This document shows, one piece after another, positions 8,914 to 18,683 of a DNA stretch of 62,700 nt (position 1 is the first letter of the stretch; every line of letters begins with the position of its first letter). The translations under genes were made by a program, and so were the position numbers. The notes beneath the pieces were generated by a model. That model was not told where the DNA came from and did no database searches. It worked only from the letters and a program-made list of their open reading frames with translations. The DNA is from an uncultured Bacteroidales bacterium (lineage in GTDB: Bacteria > Bacteroidota > Bacteroidia > Bacteroidales > WCHB1-69): positions 1 to 62,700 of the forward strand of contig CAJODA010000004.1 in NCBI GenBank assembly GCA_905233745.1. Direction: 5' to 3'.

Positions 8914-11754
8914 TTATCGTATAATAGTCAACGACCCGTTATAAGTAACGGTTTTGGCTTTCCCTTTGTAATAGAAAGAGAAGTAGTACACCCCGTCAGA
9001 CACTCCGGTAGCATCAAACACCTGGGAGCCCCGTTGCAACTGCCCGTTGCGGGTAAATGTATCGTAGTTGTTCGCCTCATAAACCTTCTTACCCCATCGG
9101 TCGAAGATTTCCAGTTTGTTGTTGCGATAACCATCAGGATCATCAGCATGCAAACTCGTATTCAGATTCTCAATGGCAAAGACATCATTAATGCCGTCGC
9201 CGTTAGGGGTTATGACATTGGGGAAGATAAGATCCTGTTCGATAACCACCGTATGCGTAATCTCACTGGAGCATCCATCCCCTGTTTCTATACGGAGGGT
9301 CACGTCATAGTCACCCCATTGGCTATAGATGTGATCAGGCGAAACATTAGCCGTATCGGTCTCTCCGTCACCGAAGTTCCAGAGGAATGAGGTCCCCGGA
9401 GCGGTCATCATAATAGTATCCGAGTAGGTCGTAAAATGCACCAAGCCGTTGTTTTCGCCCATGAGGGATATTTCCGGGTCTGCGGCAAATTCCGCCAAGG
9501 GCTGCAAGCTAATATGAACAGAGTTCCACTTGTACATGGTATCGGTACAGCCGCCTGGGGTTGTGACAATCAGCAGCACGCTGAACACACCCTGTTCATC
9601 AATCACGAAGGATGGATGGCTCAGATTTGAGCTGTAGCGCAAAGAACCTAAGCTGTCTATAATTATCCACTCGCACTGGACATCATCAGGGTAACTGTTG
9701 TTTTCAATGCGCAAGGCCAATGGGGCGCACCCTTGGGGCTCCAGCAGTTCAAAGTCCGCAACAGGATTCTCCAGAGTGGTGATGTGAATCGTATCCTTGC
9801 CATGGCACGTGAGGTTGGCGGCGGCATTGTAATAACCAAGGTCAACTATATAGTCACCTTCACTGGCCACCGTAATCTGCTGGGTATCGTCACCCGTACT
9901 CCATACGCAGGTCATTCCATACGGCAAAGAGTCTATTCTCAGCACCGCCCTTTCGCCGTAACAGAGGCCGATATCTTCGCCAAGGCGGGGTTCCGGACTT
10001 TGAACTACGGTCACCCTAACCACAGTGTCGTAATCACAGCCGAAATCGTCGGTGGCATGTATTGTATAAGGCACCACACCAGCCTCGACAAACCGGATAT
10101 GGTGGCCATGAGCACCGGGACCGGTGATGAAGGTACTGTCTGTATGCACTGTATAATCCCACGTTTCGGGCAGGAGCATGGAGTCTAGCGCGAGTTCCCA
10201 TTCGGCGATATAGCCATTGTCACCGCTCCATCCGTCAATCACCGTAATGGTCCAGATACCGTTCAAGCTGCAACCGATAAGCTGGGAAAAGGATTCATCC
10301 GGGCGGTAAACCTGGGTCATATTCTCCACGTTAGTGGAGTCAATCACATTGCCATGGATATTAACATTTTCATAGACGTGTCTGTTACCTCGGGCATAGC
10401 TGTACCCATAGGCAGGGTCTGTGTTCTCTGACCAGCAATAGTTCCAAGGTTGGCCGATGGGATTGTACAACGGGTCACACTTCTCCGCACTATTGTTGAC
10501 ATCACCGACAATTCCCAGGTGTGCGCTGTGCGACACGCCAGAGGTTTGCTGCCATCCCCAGGGTTGCGGAATGCTGGCAGCGCAAGCCGCCGAACCAGAG
10601 GAGCCGTATTTATTCAGCACTTTCACGGTCTGCTGCTCCGGACAGGCCAGCTCAATGTACAGGTCGCCCACATAGGAATGCTCCATCTTGATGCGCAGAT
10701 AGAGAATGTCGTCGGCACTCTGAATACGGGAGTTAGCGGCAAAGGAGGTGAACTTCACCGGTGACTGGTATGCACAGCCGCCGCCGCAGTTCACACCGTC
10801 AGGCAGGAAAATAGTGTCTTTGACAACCAAGGCCGCATCCTGATGACTATGCTTAGAATCGACAACTTGCACCATAAAATTGGAGTTTGGGCCGAAAGTG
10901 ATATCCGCCTCCTCACCAGAACAATAGGGCCCTATCCTTGACAAGCCCCGGATAGGCGACTGTGATGTCCGGACCCTAAAAGAAACGGGCATCGTTGAAG
11001 TACAACCGTTCACATCAATGATATTGACCGAAATATCATAACCATGGCCGGGCACAAACTGATAGTCCAGCTTGTTCACGCCATAGGTTTCAATGGTTTC
11101 AAAGCCCATGTTCCACACGAAAGTGGAATTAGCGTCTGACTGATGATAAAGGCCGTCATTCTCTGGAAAGATGCCGTGAGCCTCCAGATGGAGAGTCTCA
11201 TTACCACATACATTCATATAGGCTAAACCATCATCCTCCACTTGCGGAAAACGGGAGCACAAAGCGGAATCCAATTCCAGACTCACTTGCTGGCAAGGTG
11301 CCGAACAGGAGGTGGTGATGATGAAGCCGTTCCCTTCGTAGCTGCGGTCCGTCACAAATTTCAAAGTAATGGCACCACTGCTGTTGCTCACGGATGCAGA
11401 GAACACAATCTGTGCAGATGTATAGGCACGGATCAACGAATCATTCAATGCTGTAATCAGAGCTGCGTTATTGTCAGTAGCTGCATCATAAATAAACAAT
11501 GTATCGGAAGGATGAACATTAAAGGCGCTCACATCAATGGAGATGGTGACACAGGGAAGCGCATTGTCGGATGAGTAGATGGTCAGCCGGTCAGTCCGGT
11601 TGTTGCCGTAACCCGACCCACTGCCTCCATTGTCATAGATGATGAAATTGCATCCTCTGACCACGCTCAAACTGCCCCCCATATTGAGAGGGGTCTGTGC
11701 CCAAAGAGCCACGGCCGAAAAGGTGAAATAAAATAGAATGAACACTTTTTTCAT
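8914..11754 (-). CDS. T9SS type-B cargo (gliding-motility-associated CTD) with CUB-like, P-domain-like and PKD domains
   Basis: Signal peptide; MEHSYVGDLYIELACP; WNFGDG PKD; PNVITPNGDGINDVF...IFDRWGKKVY...GSLTIIR CTD. Confidence 0.88.
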   Translation of the reverse strand: MKKVFILFYFTFSAVALWAQTPLNMGGSLSVVRGCNFIIYDNGGSGSGYGNNRTDRLTIYSSDNALPCVTISIDVSAFNVHPSDTLFIYDAATDNNAALITALNDSLIRAYTSAQIVFSASVSNSSGAITLKFVTDRSYEGNGFIITTSCSAPCQQVSLELDSALCSRFPQVEDDGLAYMNVCGNETLHLEAHGIFPENDGLYHQSDANSTFVWNMGFETIETYGVNKLDYQFVPGHGYDISVNIIDVNGCTSTMPVSFRVRTSQSPIRGLSRIGPYCSGEEADITFGPNSNFMVQVVDSKHSHQDAALVVKDTIFLPDGVNCGGGCAYQSPVKFTSFAANSRIQSADDILYLRIKMEHSYVGDLYIELACPEQQTVKVLNKYGSSGSAACAASIPQPWGWQQTSGVSHSAHLGIVGDVNNSAEKCDPLYNPIGQPWNYCWSENTDPAYGYSYARGNRHVYENVNIHGNVIDSTNVENMTQVYRPDESFSQLIGCSLNGIWTITVIDGWSGDNGYIAEWELALDSMLLPETWDYTVHTDSTFITGPGAHGHHIRFVEAGVVPYTIHATDDFGCDYDTVVRVTVVQSPEPRLGEDIGLCYGERAVLRIDSLPYGMTCVWSTGDDTQQITVASEGDYIVDLGYYNAAANLTCHGKDTIHITTLENPVADFELLEPQGCAPLALRIENNSYPDDVQCEWIIIDSLGSLRYSSNLSHPSFVIDEQGVFSVLLIVTTPGGCTDTMYKWNSVHISLQPLAEFAADPEISLMGENNGLVHFTTYSDTIMMTAPGTSFLWNFGDGETDTANVSPDHIYSQWGDYDVTLRIETGDGCSSEITHTVVIEQDLIFPNVITPNGDGINDVFAIENLNTSLHADDPDGYRNNKLEIFDRWGKKVYEANNYDTFTRNGQLQRGSQVFDATGVSDGVYYFSFYYKGKAKTVTYNGSLTIIR

Positions 11755-11879
11755 AATGTTTGATTTTTAATGTTTGATTATTGATTGATGTATGATTCAT
11801 TTCTTTTTTATTTATTAATTTGAATTAAAAAACATATCTGACTTACATCCTTATAGCGTCTATTCCGCTGTATAGCAAA

Positions 11880-11914
11880 CATCCGCCAAATATCTTTATG
11901 GTATTTGGCGGACG
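11880..11914. terminator. Hairpin between the two T9SS paralogues
   Basis: ccgccaaata-tctttatgg-tatttggcgg inverted repeat, no strong T tract. Confidence 0.5.
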
Positions 11915-11966
11915 TATGGAAGATATCCTTTCAACGGACTTCTTCAACCAAACGAAATAGCGTAGT

Positions 11967-14828
11967 TTATCGTATAATAGTCAGTGATCCGTTATAAGTA
12001 ACTGTCTTAGCTTTTCCTTTGTACTGGAACGAGAAGTAGTAAACGCCATCTGCCACATTGGAAGCGTCGAAGATCTGGCTGCCGGGTTGAATCTGTCCGT
12101 CGCGTGAGAATGTGTCGTAGTTCTTGGCCTCATACACTTTCTTGCCCCAGCGGTCATATATGATCAGTTTGTTGTTGCGATAGCCGTCGGGATCTTCCGG
12201 ATTCACATTCGTGTTGAGGTTCTCGATAGCGAACACATCGTTGGACCCGTCCCCATTGGGTGTAATAATGTTGGGGAAGATGAGATCCTGTTCGATAACC
12301 ACTGTATGCGTGATCTCACTGGAACATCCATCACCGGTTTCTATATGGAGGGTTACGTCATAGTCACCCCATTGGCTATAGATGTGATCAGGAGAAAACG
12401 TGACCGTGTCAGTCTCTCCGTCACCAAAGTTCCAGGAGAAGGAGGTACCTGCATCGGTCATCAGCGTGGAGTCGGAATAGGTAATGAAATGCACTTGTCC
12501 GTTATTCTCACCCATAAGAGAGATTTCAGGATCGGCGACAAATTCTGCAACAGGCTGGGCGTTCACGTGCAAATGGTTCCAATAGATCACGGTATCCGAG
12601 CAGCCGTTTTCAGTGAAAGATACCAGAGATACTGTATATACGCCGGGGTCGTCAATCTTGAACACAGGTTCCTTCTGGTTGGAGAACCGTACAGTTGTAG
12701 CATTCTCATCCATAATCTGCCATTGGTAGGATGCATTCTCCGGGGTGGAGTTATTGGTAAACTTAACCGTCAGAGGAGCACATCCACTTATCGTATTGGC
12801 TTCGAAGTCCAGCACTGGCATTTCATAAAAGACCAGATTTACCGTATCCGTTCCCCTACAGGTAAGTCCTGTTACTGGATCGCTTGTCTCCACGTACACC
12901 GTGTACTGTCCTTCGGTGGCCACGCTGGTAGTCGGAGTATCATCGCCGGTACTCCAGGTGTAAGTGGTGTTGGGGGCATCATATCCGGCATCAAGGGTAA
13001 TACGCTGTCCGTAGCATTCGGTTTTGTCCTCACCGAGGTTGGGTTGCGGTGACTGGGTCACGCGAAGCACCATATTGGTGTCATACTGGCATCCGAATCC
13101 ATCTATAATACGTGCAGTGTAATTGATATTACCGGAGTCGGCAGGGACAACCACGCCGTCCGCCGCGCCCGGACCGATAAGATAGGCTGTGTCAACGGTC
13201 AGGTCAAATCCCCAGTTGGTGGGAAGGAGGGTCGGATTGAGAGCCATCTCCCAGCCGCAGATCCAACCGTTGTCAATGGAGAAAGCGTCAATAACCTGGA
13301 TAGACCAGTCGCCGTTCAACGGACAGTTCTGCAATTTGGTAAAGAAGTTGTCATCCGGGTGATAGACATTGGTCATGTTTGCCACATTAGTGGAGTCGGC
13401 ACTTACGCCAGAGCCATAGGGGTTGTTGGTGCTATGGTGGCTACAGGATTCATAGACATACCCACTGCCGCACGCATATTGATAGCCTTCCGTGACATTA
13501 TTTGACCAGCAATAGTTCCAGCATGTTCCCATAGGGTTCGTATTGGGGTCGCATTTGTTAGAGGAGTTATCGTTGTTATCATTTGCAAGACCGAAATAGG
13601 TGCCTGTGCTACCCGACACTATCCAGCCTCGTTCACTCTGCGGCACCATGCTGGAACAACCGGAAGAACCGCTGCCGCCATATTTCATAATCGTGGCATA
13701 TTGGCCGTTGGGACAAGTCAGTTTGATCCAGATATCCCCCATGAAGGAGTGTTCCATGTTGATACGCACATACAGAATGTCGTTAATGGAAGAAATCTTC
13801 GCCGACGGGGAGAACATGTCAAACGTCACTGAGGAGGTATAGGCACAGCCGCCTCCGCAGTCTTGGCCGTCAGGCAGGAATATGGTGTCCGGCACACCAA
13901 GTGCAGTCTGTCGGTAACTGCTCACGGTATCCACCTGGATATTGGAAATCATGTCATAACCGATTGTAAGGTTCACCTCATCTCCCGTGCAGACCGGGGC
14001 CAGCGGGGAAATCTCACGAATGGGGTTTCTGGAGGTCATCACCCTGACTTTGCGGGCCATGAGGGCCTCACAGCCATGGTCGTCAATAATCAGCAGGGTG
14101 AGGTCATAGGCATTTCCGGCAGGGAAATAGTGATCCAGCACATAGCCGCCAACTGTTTCAATAGTGGTATCACCCAAATCCCATCTGAAGCGGGACGTTT
14201 GGTCACTCTGGTGATAGTTATAGTCATTGTCGGGATAGCGTCCACGAGCCACCAAGTGGACAGTGTCGTACTCACAAAGCTGCATATAGTAATATCCGGA
14301 GTCGGCATTCAGGATGGGGAAATGGTTGGAGGCATTCATGTCAAACTGTATTTCCACACGTTGGCACAACTGCACGCAGGAAGTGTACATCTTGAAACCG
14401 GTGCCACCGCCGGAGCCGTTGGTTTTAAAACGGATTGTAACCTCACCTGTCTGGCTGCGCATTGTAGCGGCAAAGGAAAGCGTCACATCGCCATATACGG
14501 ACACCAGAGAGTCATTCAGCACAGCCAGGAGCATGGAATCCACCATGTTGGGGCCATCATAAATGAAAACCGTGTCGGTAGGGTGCACGTTGAAAAAGTT
14601 CAGCGGTATATCCACCTTGACGGCAGGGTGTGTGGCATCGTTGGAATGTATGGTCAAATGGTCGTCGCGGTTGGAAATATAATCGCCATTCTCACCACCG
14701 CTATCATAGATGGTGAAACCACAACCCGTCTGCGGTGACACGGACGAACCTATCACCAGACTCTGCGCCTGGGCGGCAAAAAAGCCCATCACTAAAAGAG
14801 TAAGTAAATATAACTTTTTCATAATCAA
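11967..14828 (-). CDS. T9SS type-B cargo, tandem paralogue of 8914-11754
   Basis: Same domain order; MEHSFMGDIWIKLTCP; PNIITPNGDGSNDVF...YDRWGKKVY...GSLTIIR. Confidence 0.88.
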   Translation of the reverse strand: MIMKKLYLLTLLVMGFFAAQAQSLVIGSSVSPQTGCGFTIYDSGGENGDYISNRDDHLTIHSNDATHPAVKVDIPLNFFNVHPTDTVFIYDGPNMVDSMLLAVLNDSLVSVYGDVTLSFAATMRSQTGEVTIRFKTNGSGGGTGFKMYTSCVQLCQRVEIQFDMNASNHFPILNADSGYYYMQLCEYDTVHLVARGRYPDNDYNYHQSDQTSRFRWDLGDTTIETVGGYVLDHYFPAGNAYDLTLLIIDDHGCEALMARKVRVMTSRNPIREISPLAPVCTGDEVNLTIGYDMISNIQVDTVSSYRQTALGVPDTIFLPDGQDCGGGCAYTSSVTFDMFSPSAKISSINDILYVRINMEHSFMGDIWIKLTCPNGQYATIMKYGGSGSSGCSSMVPQSERGWIVSGSTGTYFGLANDNNDNSSNKCDPNTNPMGTCWNYCWSNNVTEGYQYACGSGYVYESCSHHSTNNPYGSGVSADSTNVANMTNVYHPDDNFFTKLQNCPLNGDWSIQVIDAFSIDNGWICGWEMALNPTLLPTNWGFDLTVDTAYLIGPGAADGVVVPADSGNINYTARIIDGFGCQYDTNMVLRVTQSPQPNLGEDKTECYGQRITLDAGYDAPNTTYTWSTGDDTPTTSVATEGQYTVYVETSDPVTGLTCRGTDTVNLVFYEMPVLDFEANTISGCAPLTVKFTNNSTPENASYQWQIMDENATTVRFSNQKEPVFKIDDPGVYTVSLVSFTENGCSDTVIYWNHLHVNAQPVAEFVADPEISLMGENNGQVHFITYSDSTLMTDAGTSFSWNFGDGETDTVTFSPDHIYSQWGDYDVTLHIETGDGCSSEITHTVVIEQDLIFPNIITPNGDGSNDVFAIENLNTNVNPEDPDGYRNNKLIIYDRWGKKVYEAKNYDTFSRDGQIQPGSQIFDASNVADGVYYFSFQYKGKAKTVTYNGSLTIIR

Positions 14829-14843
14829 CTGTTATCTTAGAGA

Positions 14844-15287
14844 TTAATATTGATATTGGTTAAGACTAGCCTGTTCACGGCTCTCGTATTCATACTTTGA
14901 ATGGATATTGATACAGTATCCGGGAGTATGCATCTGAACCACCGTCACTTTGTTAGCCGACTGAGGGAACGTAAAGTCGTAGGGATTCAGACAGCCCTCG
15001 CGGATAATCTTGGCCTCGTCCACCTTAACACCGGGATTGGCGTACTCTTCCAGATAACCCACCACATCAGCTCCATCCTCATATTTGGTGGAGAGCATGG
15101 CGAAGTTAACCATCTTGAAGTTCATACGGAACAACTTGGCGAAGTCGTTGTCGTACATGTTCTCAATTTCAGTCTGGGAGAAAATCTGATACATTTTCTT
15201 GTCCAGGACAAAATCACTTTTGGGCTTCTGACAGAAACCTGTCAGCACCAGCCCAAGTAAAAAGCAAAACAGAATACTCTTTTTCAT
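14844..15287 (-). CDS. Secreted hypothetical protein
   Basis: MKKSILFCFLLGLVLTGFCQ signal peptide; first gene of the T9SS-cargo unit. Confidence 0.7.
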   Translation of the reverse strand: MKKSILFCFLLGLVLTGFCQKPKSDFVLDKKMYQIFSQTEIENMYDNDFAKLFRMNFKMVNFAMLSTKYEDGADVVGYLEEYANPGVKVDEAKIIREGCLNPYDFTFPQSANKVTVVQMHTPGYCINIHSKYEYESREQASLNQYQY

Positions 15288-15403
15288 AATGGTAGATTGT
15301 CATTAAAGTTTGCAAAAATAACATTTTATGTGAAAAAATCAACATAAAAATTCACTTCCATTTTAAAAGTCGCAACACCTTGAAAAAATGTTACAATATC
15401 ATT

Positions 15404-17305
15404 TTATTTTTTAAAAAAGATTTTGTTTTGGTCTATTAACCAACGCATTACGTTAAGAACATCCTCTTCTTCATATTGAGTGGCGAGACGGTCTCGGATG
15501 GCCTTCTCCTGCAATCCCTGCTGATGCAGGGCAAGGATACGCTTGGAAATTGTCTGGAATTTCTTATCGGACACCGCCTTTCTGCCCGTTTGCAGGCACG
15601 CGTCACACTGACCGCACGCAGGACTTTTCATCTCTCCAAAATAGCGCAGCAGCAGACGGCTACGGCACACGTCCGTGGTCGCGACGTACTCGCGCACAGC
15701 CTCCACACGTTCCTGAGCCTTGCTCTTCTGAACTTCATAAACAGCCGGATCGAAGTAGATGTGTTTTTCGGGCATTCTATCTTGCAAGAAGATAATCAGG
15801 GGTATTTCGTTCTGCGGCTGGTACGACAGCACGCCCGCCTGGTGCAGCGTTCGCAGATGCCCGGCCACCTCTTCCTCCGTCATTTCCGCACGAAGTGCAA
15901 GTGTCCGTTCTTCGATCTTCACATACTGGGTGAACACCCCTCCATAGGAGCGGAGCAACAACTTGACGAATTCGGCCTCCTCCGGATGATTCTCCTCGTA
16001 TGTCATCAGCTCCTCTCCATTGAACTTGAAGTGGATTTGGGAGGTTTCCCTCAGATGTTCGGAAAGGGCTATTACGCCGGCCTTCTCCAAAAACCTGACC
16101 GCGTTGAAAAGCTGAACAGGGTCCATCTTCATGCGCTTGGCATGTTGTTCTATGTAAAAGGGCTTTATGGTATTTTTGCCTGTACCCATCTCGATGCGGT
16201 AGTATTGGCACAGGTCTTCATAGACCTCCCGTATTTTGTCCATTGGCGGGAACGAGAGGGTAAGGTTTCGGGAGAGCTGCCGCAGGTCATTGCTGTCATA
16301 AAGCAGGATTGCCACAGCGGGTTTCTCGTCACGGCCCGCACGTCCGGCCTCTTGAAAGTAGGCTTCCAGCGAATCGGGCGTGTCGATATGGACCACAAAA
16401 CGCACATCCGGTTTGTCAATGCCCATTCCGAACGCGTTGGTCGATACAATGACGCGTGTTTTGCCCGTCATCCAGTCATTCTGACGCAAGTCGCGCGTTT
16501 TAGGGTCCAGGCCAGCGTGGTAGAAGTCGGCGGGGATGCCATGTTCCCGCAGGAAGCCTGCCACCTCTGCCGTCTTGCGACGGTTGCGGACATATACGAC
16601 ACCCGTACCCGGGTAGCGTTGCATAATGCGAAGCATCCGCCCGTTCTTATCCTCCTCCTTCACCACAAAATAGGTCAGGTTGTCTCTCTTGAAACTCTTT
16701 TGGAAAACATTCTCCTTTTTAAAATCCAGGCGATATTGGATATCCTTCACCACCTCGGGAGTGGCGGTGGCCGTGAGCGCCAGCACGGGCGCATCCGGGA
16801 ACACCTTCCGGACATTTGCAATCTCCAGATAGGGAGGACGAAAATCATAGCCCCACTGCGAGATGCAATGGGCCTCATCCACCGCAATCATCTTCACCGG
16901 CATCTTCTCCAGATTCACGCGAAAAGTATCGGTCTGCAGGCGCTCCGGAGAGACATACAAAAAACGGTACTCCGGGTCGAACATCACATTCTGAACAGCA
17001 TCCTGAATCTGACTGTAATTCATGCCGGAATAGAGTGCTGCGGCTTTGATGCCGCGAGCCTTCAGATGGGCCACCTGGTCCTTCATCAGGGCTATAAGCG
17101 GGGATACGACAATACACAGTCCCTCCAGCGCCAACGCGGGAACCTGGAAGCAGATGGACTTTCCGCCGCCGGTAGGCAAAAGGGCCAGCGTGTCATTACC
17201 CGCCAAAACAGAAAGAATAATATCCTCCTGCAGCGGGCGGAACCCGTCGTAGCCCCAATATTGCTTCAATATCCGGCGAACTCGCTGTGAATCTTCGTTT
17301 TTCAT
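15404..17305 (-). CDS. recQ: RecQ-family ATP-dependent DNA helicase
   Basis: LPTGGGKS, VDEAHCISQWGYDFRP, QEAGRAGRD, Zn-binding CR...CGQCDAC; start set at MKNEDSQ (17305). Confidence 0.92.
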   Translation of the reverse strand: MKNEDSQRVRRILKQYWGYDGFRPLQEDIILSVLAGNDTLALLPTGGGKSICFQVPALALEGLCIVVSPLIALMKDQVAHLKARGIKAAALYSGMNYSQIQDAVQNVMFDPEYRFLYVSPERLQTDTFRVNLEKMPVKMIAVDEAHCISQWGYDFRPPYLEIANVRKVFPDAPVLALTATATPEVVKDIQYRLDFKKENVFQKSFKRDNLTYFVVKEEDKNGRMLRIMQRYPGTGVVYVRNRRKTAEVAGFLREHGIPADFYHAGLDPKTRDLRQNDWMTGKTRVIVSTNAFGMGIDKPDVRFVVHIDTPDSLEAYFQEAGRAGRDEKPAVAILLYDSNDLRQLSRNLTLSFPPMDKIREVYEDLCQYYRIEMGTGKNTIKPFYIEQHAKRMKMDPVQLFNAVRFLEKAGVIALSEHLRETSQIHFKFNGEELMTYEENHPEEAEFVKLLLRSYGGVFTQYVKIEERTLALRAEMTEEEVAGHLRTLHQAGVLSYQPQNEIPLIIFLQDRMPEKHIYFDPAVYEVQKSKAQERVEAVREYVATTDVCRSRLLLRYFGEMKSPACGQCDACLQTGRKAVSDKKFQTISKRILALHQQGLQEKAIRDRLATQYEEEDVLNVMRWLIDQNKIFFKK

Positions 17306-17467
17306 ATCACGGCCGCAAAAATACAAAAAACGATTAGAGTGAAAATTGATAATTATCAATAAACATTGAGAATCAGTATTTTAAAAATTTCATTTGCTTA
17401 AAAAACATTAAAAAAGGGTTGGGTTTGCAAATAATATTGTATATTTGCCGCCTTAAAAATAGAAAAA

Positions 17468-17689
17468 ATGGGTAAAAAGAGATTCCTTTTACATATTATA
17501 ATTGTCTTGTTCTGTGTTGCTTTCGCATTATCTTTCACCTCTTGCAGCACGTCGAAAAGTGGAACCAAGTCTCCGTCCTCTTATTCCAAGAAGAGAACAC
17601 GTCACCAGCCCAACTGGAATGCTACCACATCGCAGACCACCACGTACCACATCCGCAAGCACAATTCCCGTAAAAGTCAAAACAACTAA
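17468..17689 (+). CDS. Small basic lipoprotein
   Basis: Hydrophobic leader, FTSC lipobox, Lys/Arg/Ser/Thr-rich mature part; TATATTTG box upstream. Confidence 0.65.
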   Translation: MGKKRFLLHIIIVLFCVAFALSFTSCSTSKSGTKSPSSYSKKRTRHQPNWNATTSQTTTYHIRKHNSRKSQNN

Positions 17690-17719
17690 CCGGCCCCCGG
17701 TTATTTATCTTTCGTCTTT

Positions 17720-18676
17720 ATGAAAAAAAATTGCCAAACTATATATATAGTTCTTTTTGTATTGTTTGTCACTGGCATCATTTCCCATGCCAATGCACAG
17801 GACAACCGCTTTCAGTTCAGTGTAGTGAATGACACTGCGCACATTGACACCGCGATTCCCGAGGACACGTTGGGAGAGATGGCGGGCATTGAAGAAAATC
17901 TGGCCTCATTTGACAACGTGGACCACGGTGACGGAATGTTATTCACCTATTTCAACTGGATGCCCGGGTACGGACGCTACCAGCATTTCGACATCATCAA
18001 CATTCATTACAAGCATGTGGGGTCAGCGCCCAAGGACACGCTGGTTCTGACCGGGTACCATCATCCCGCCAACCATAAGAAAACCTCCGACTACGGCTGG
18101 CGCCGTCGCAGAATGCACCGTGGCGTGGACCTGGGGTATCCTACAGGCACCCCTGTGGCTGCAGCTTGGGATGGTCAGGTGCGCATCTCCAAAGGCAGCA
18201 ACACCGGCGGTTATGGCAATCTCATCGTCATCCGCCACGAGAACGGCCTGGAGACCTACTATGCACACCTCTCTCGCCGGCTGGTGAACCCGGGGCAGAT
18301 TGTGCACGCCGGTGAAATCATTGGACTGGGCGGCAACACGGGGCGCTCTTACGGTTCCCACCTGCACTTCGAAATCCGATACCTCGGCCAGGACATCAAC
18401 CCCAACCGATTAGTGGATTTTGAGAACTTCACGTTGAAGTACGACACCATGTACGTGTCTGGCTATAGCGTCTCCACCCCCAACCCGACACAAAATGATC
18501 CGACACAAGCGGATCCTGCCAAACAGCAGCCTGCCACAGCCTACTATAGAGTAAAAAAAGGCGACAATTTAGGCAAAATCGCCCAAAAATTTCACACATC
18601 CGTTTCCAAGCTCAAAAAGCTCAACCATCTCCGTAGCGACTTTATCCGCGAAGGCCAACGCCTGCGCGTCAGATAG
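17720..18676 (+). CDS. M23 peptidoglycan DD-endopeptidase with C-terminal LysM
   Basis: HRGVD, YAHL and HLHFE Zn motifs; YRVKKGDNLGKIA LysM. Confidence 0.92.
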   Translation: MKKNCQTIYIVLFVLFVTGIISHANAQDNRFQFSVVNDTAHIDTAIPEDTLGEMAGIEENLASFDNVDHGDGMLFTYFNWMPGYGRYQHFDIINIHYKHVGSAPKDTLVLTGYHHPANHKKTSDYGWRRRRMHRGVDLGYPTGTPVAAAWDGQVRISKGSNTGGYGNLIVIRHENGLETYYAHLSRRLVNPGQIVHAGEIIGLGGNTGRSYGSHLHFEIRYLGQDINPNRLVDFENFTLKYDTMYVSGYSVSTPNPTQNDPTQADPAKQQPATAYYRVKKGDNLGKIAQKFHTSVSKLKKLNHLRSDFIREGQRLRVR

Positions 18677-18683
18677 CTCCTCC

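Noticed and set aside
8914-14828. Similar 3' ends as a DGR template/variable repeat pair
   Set aside because: Differences are mostly synonymous and not adenine-specific; no reverse transcriptase in the window
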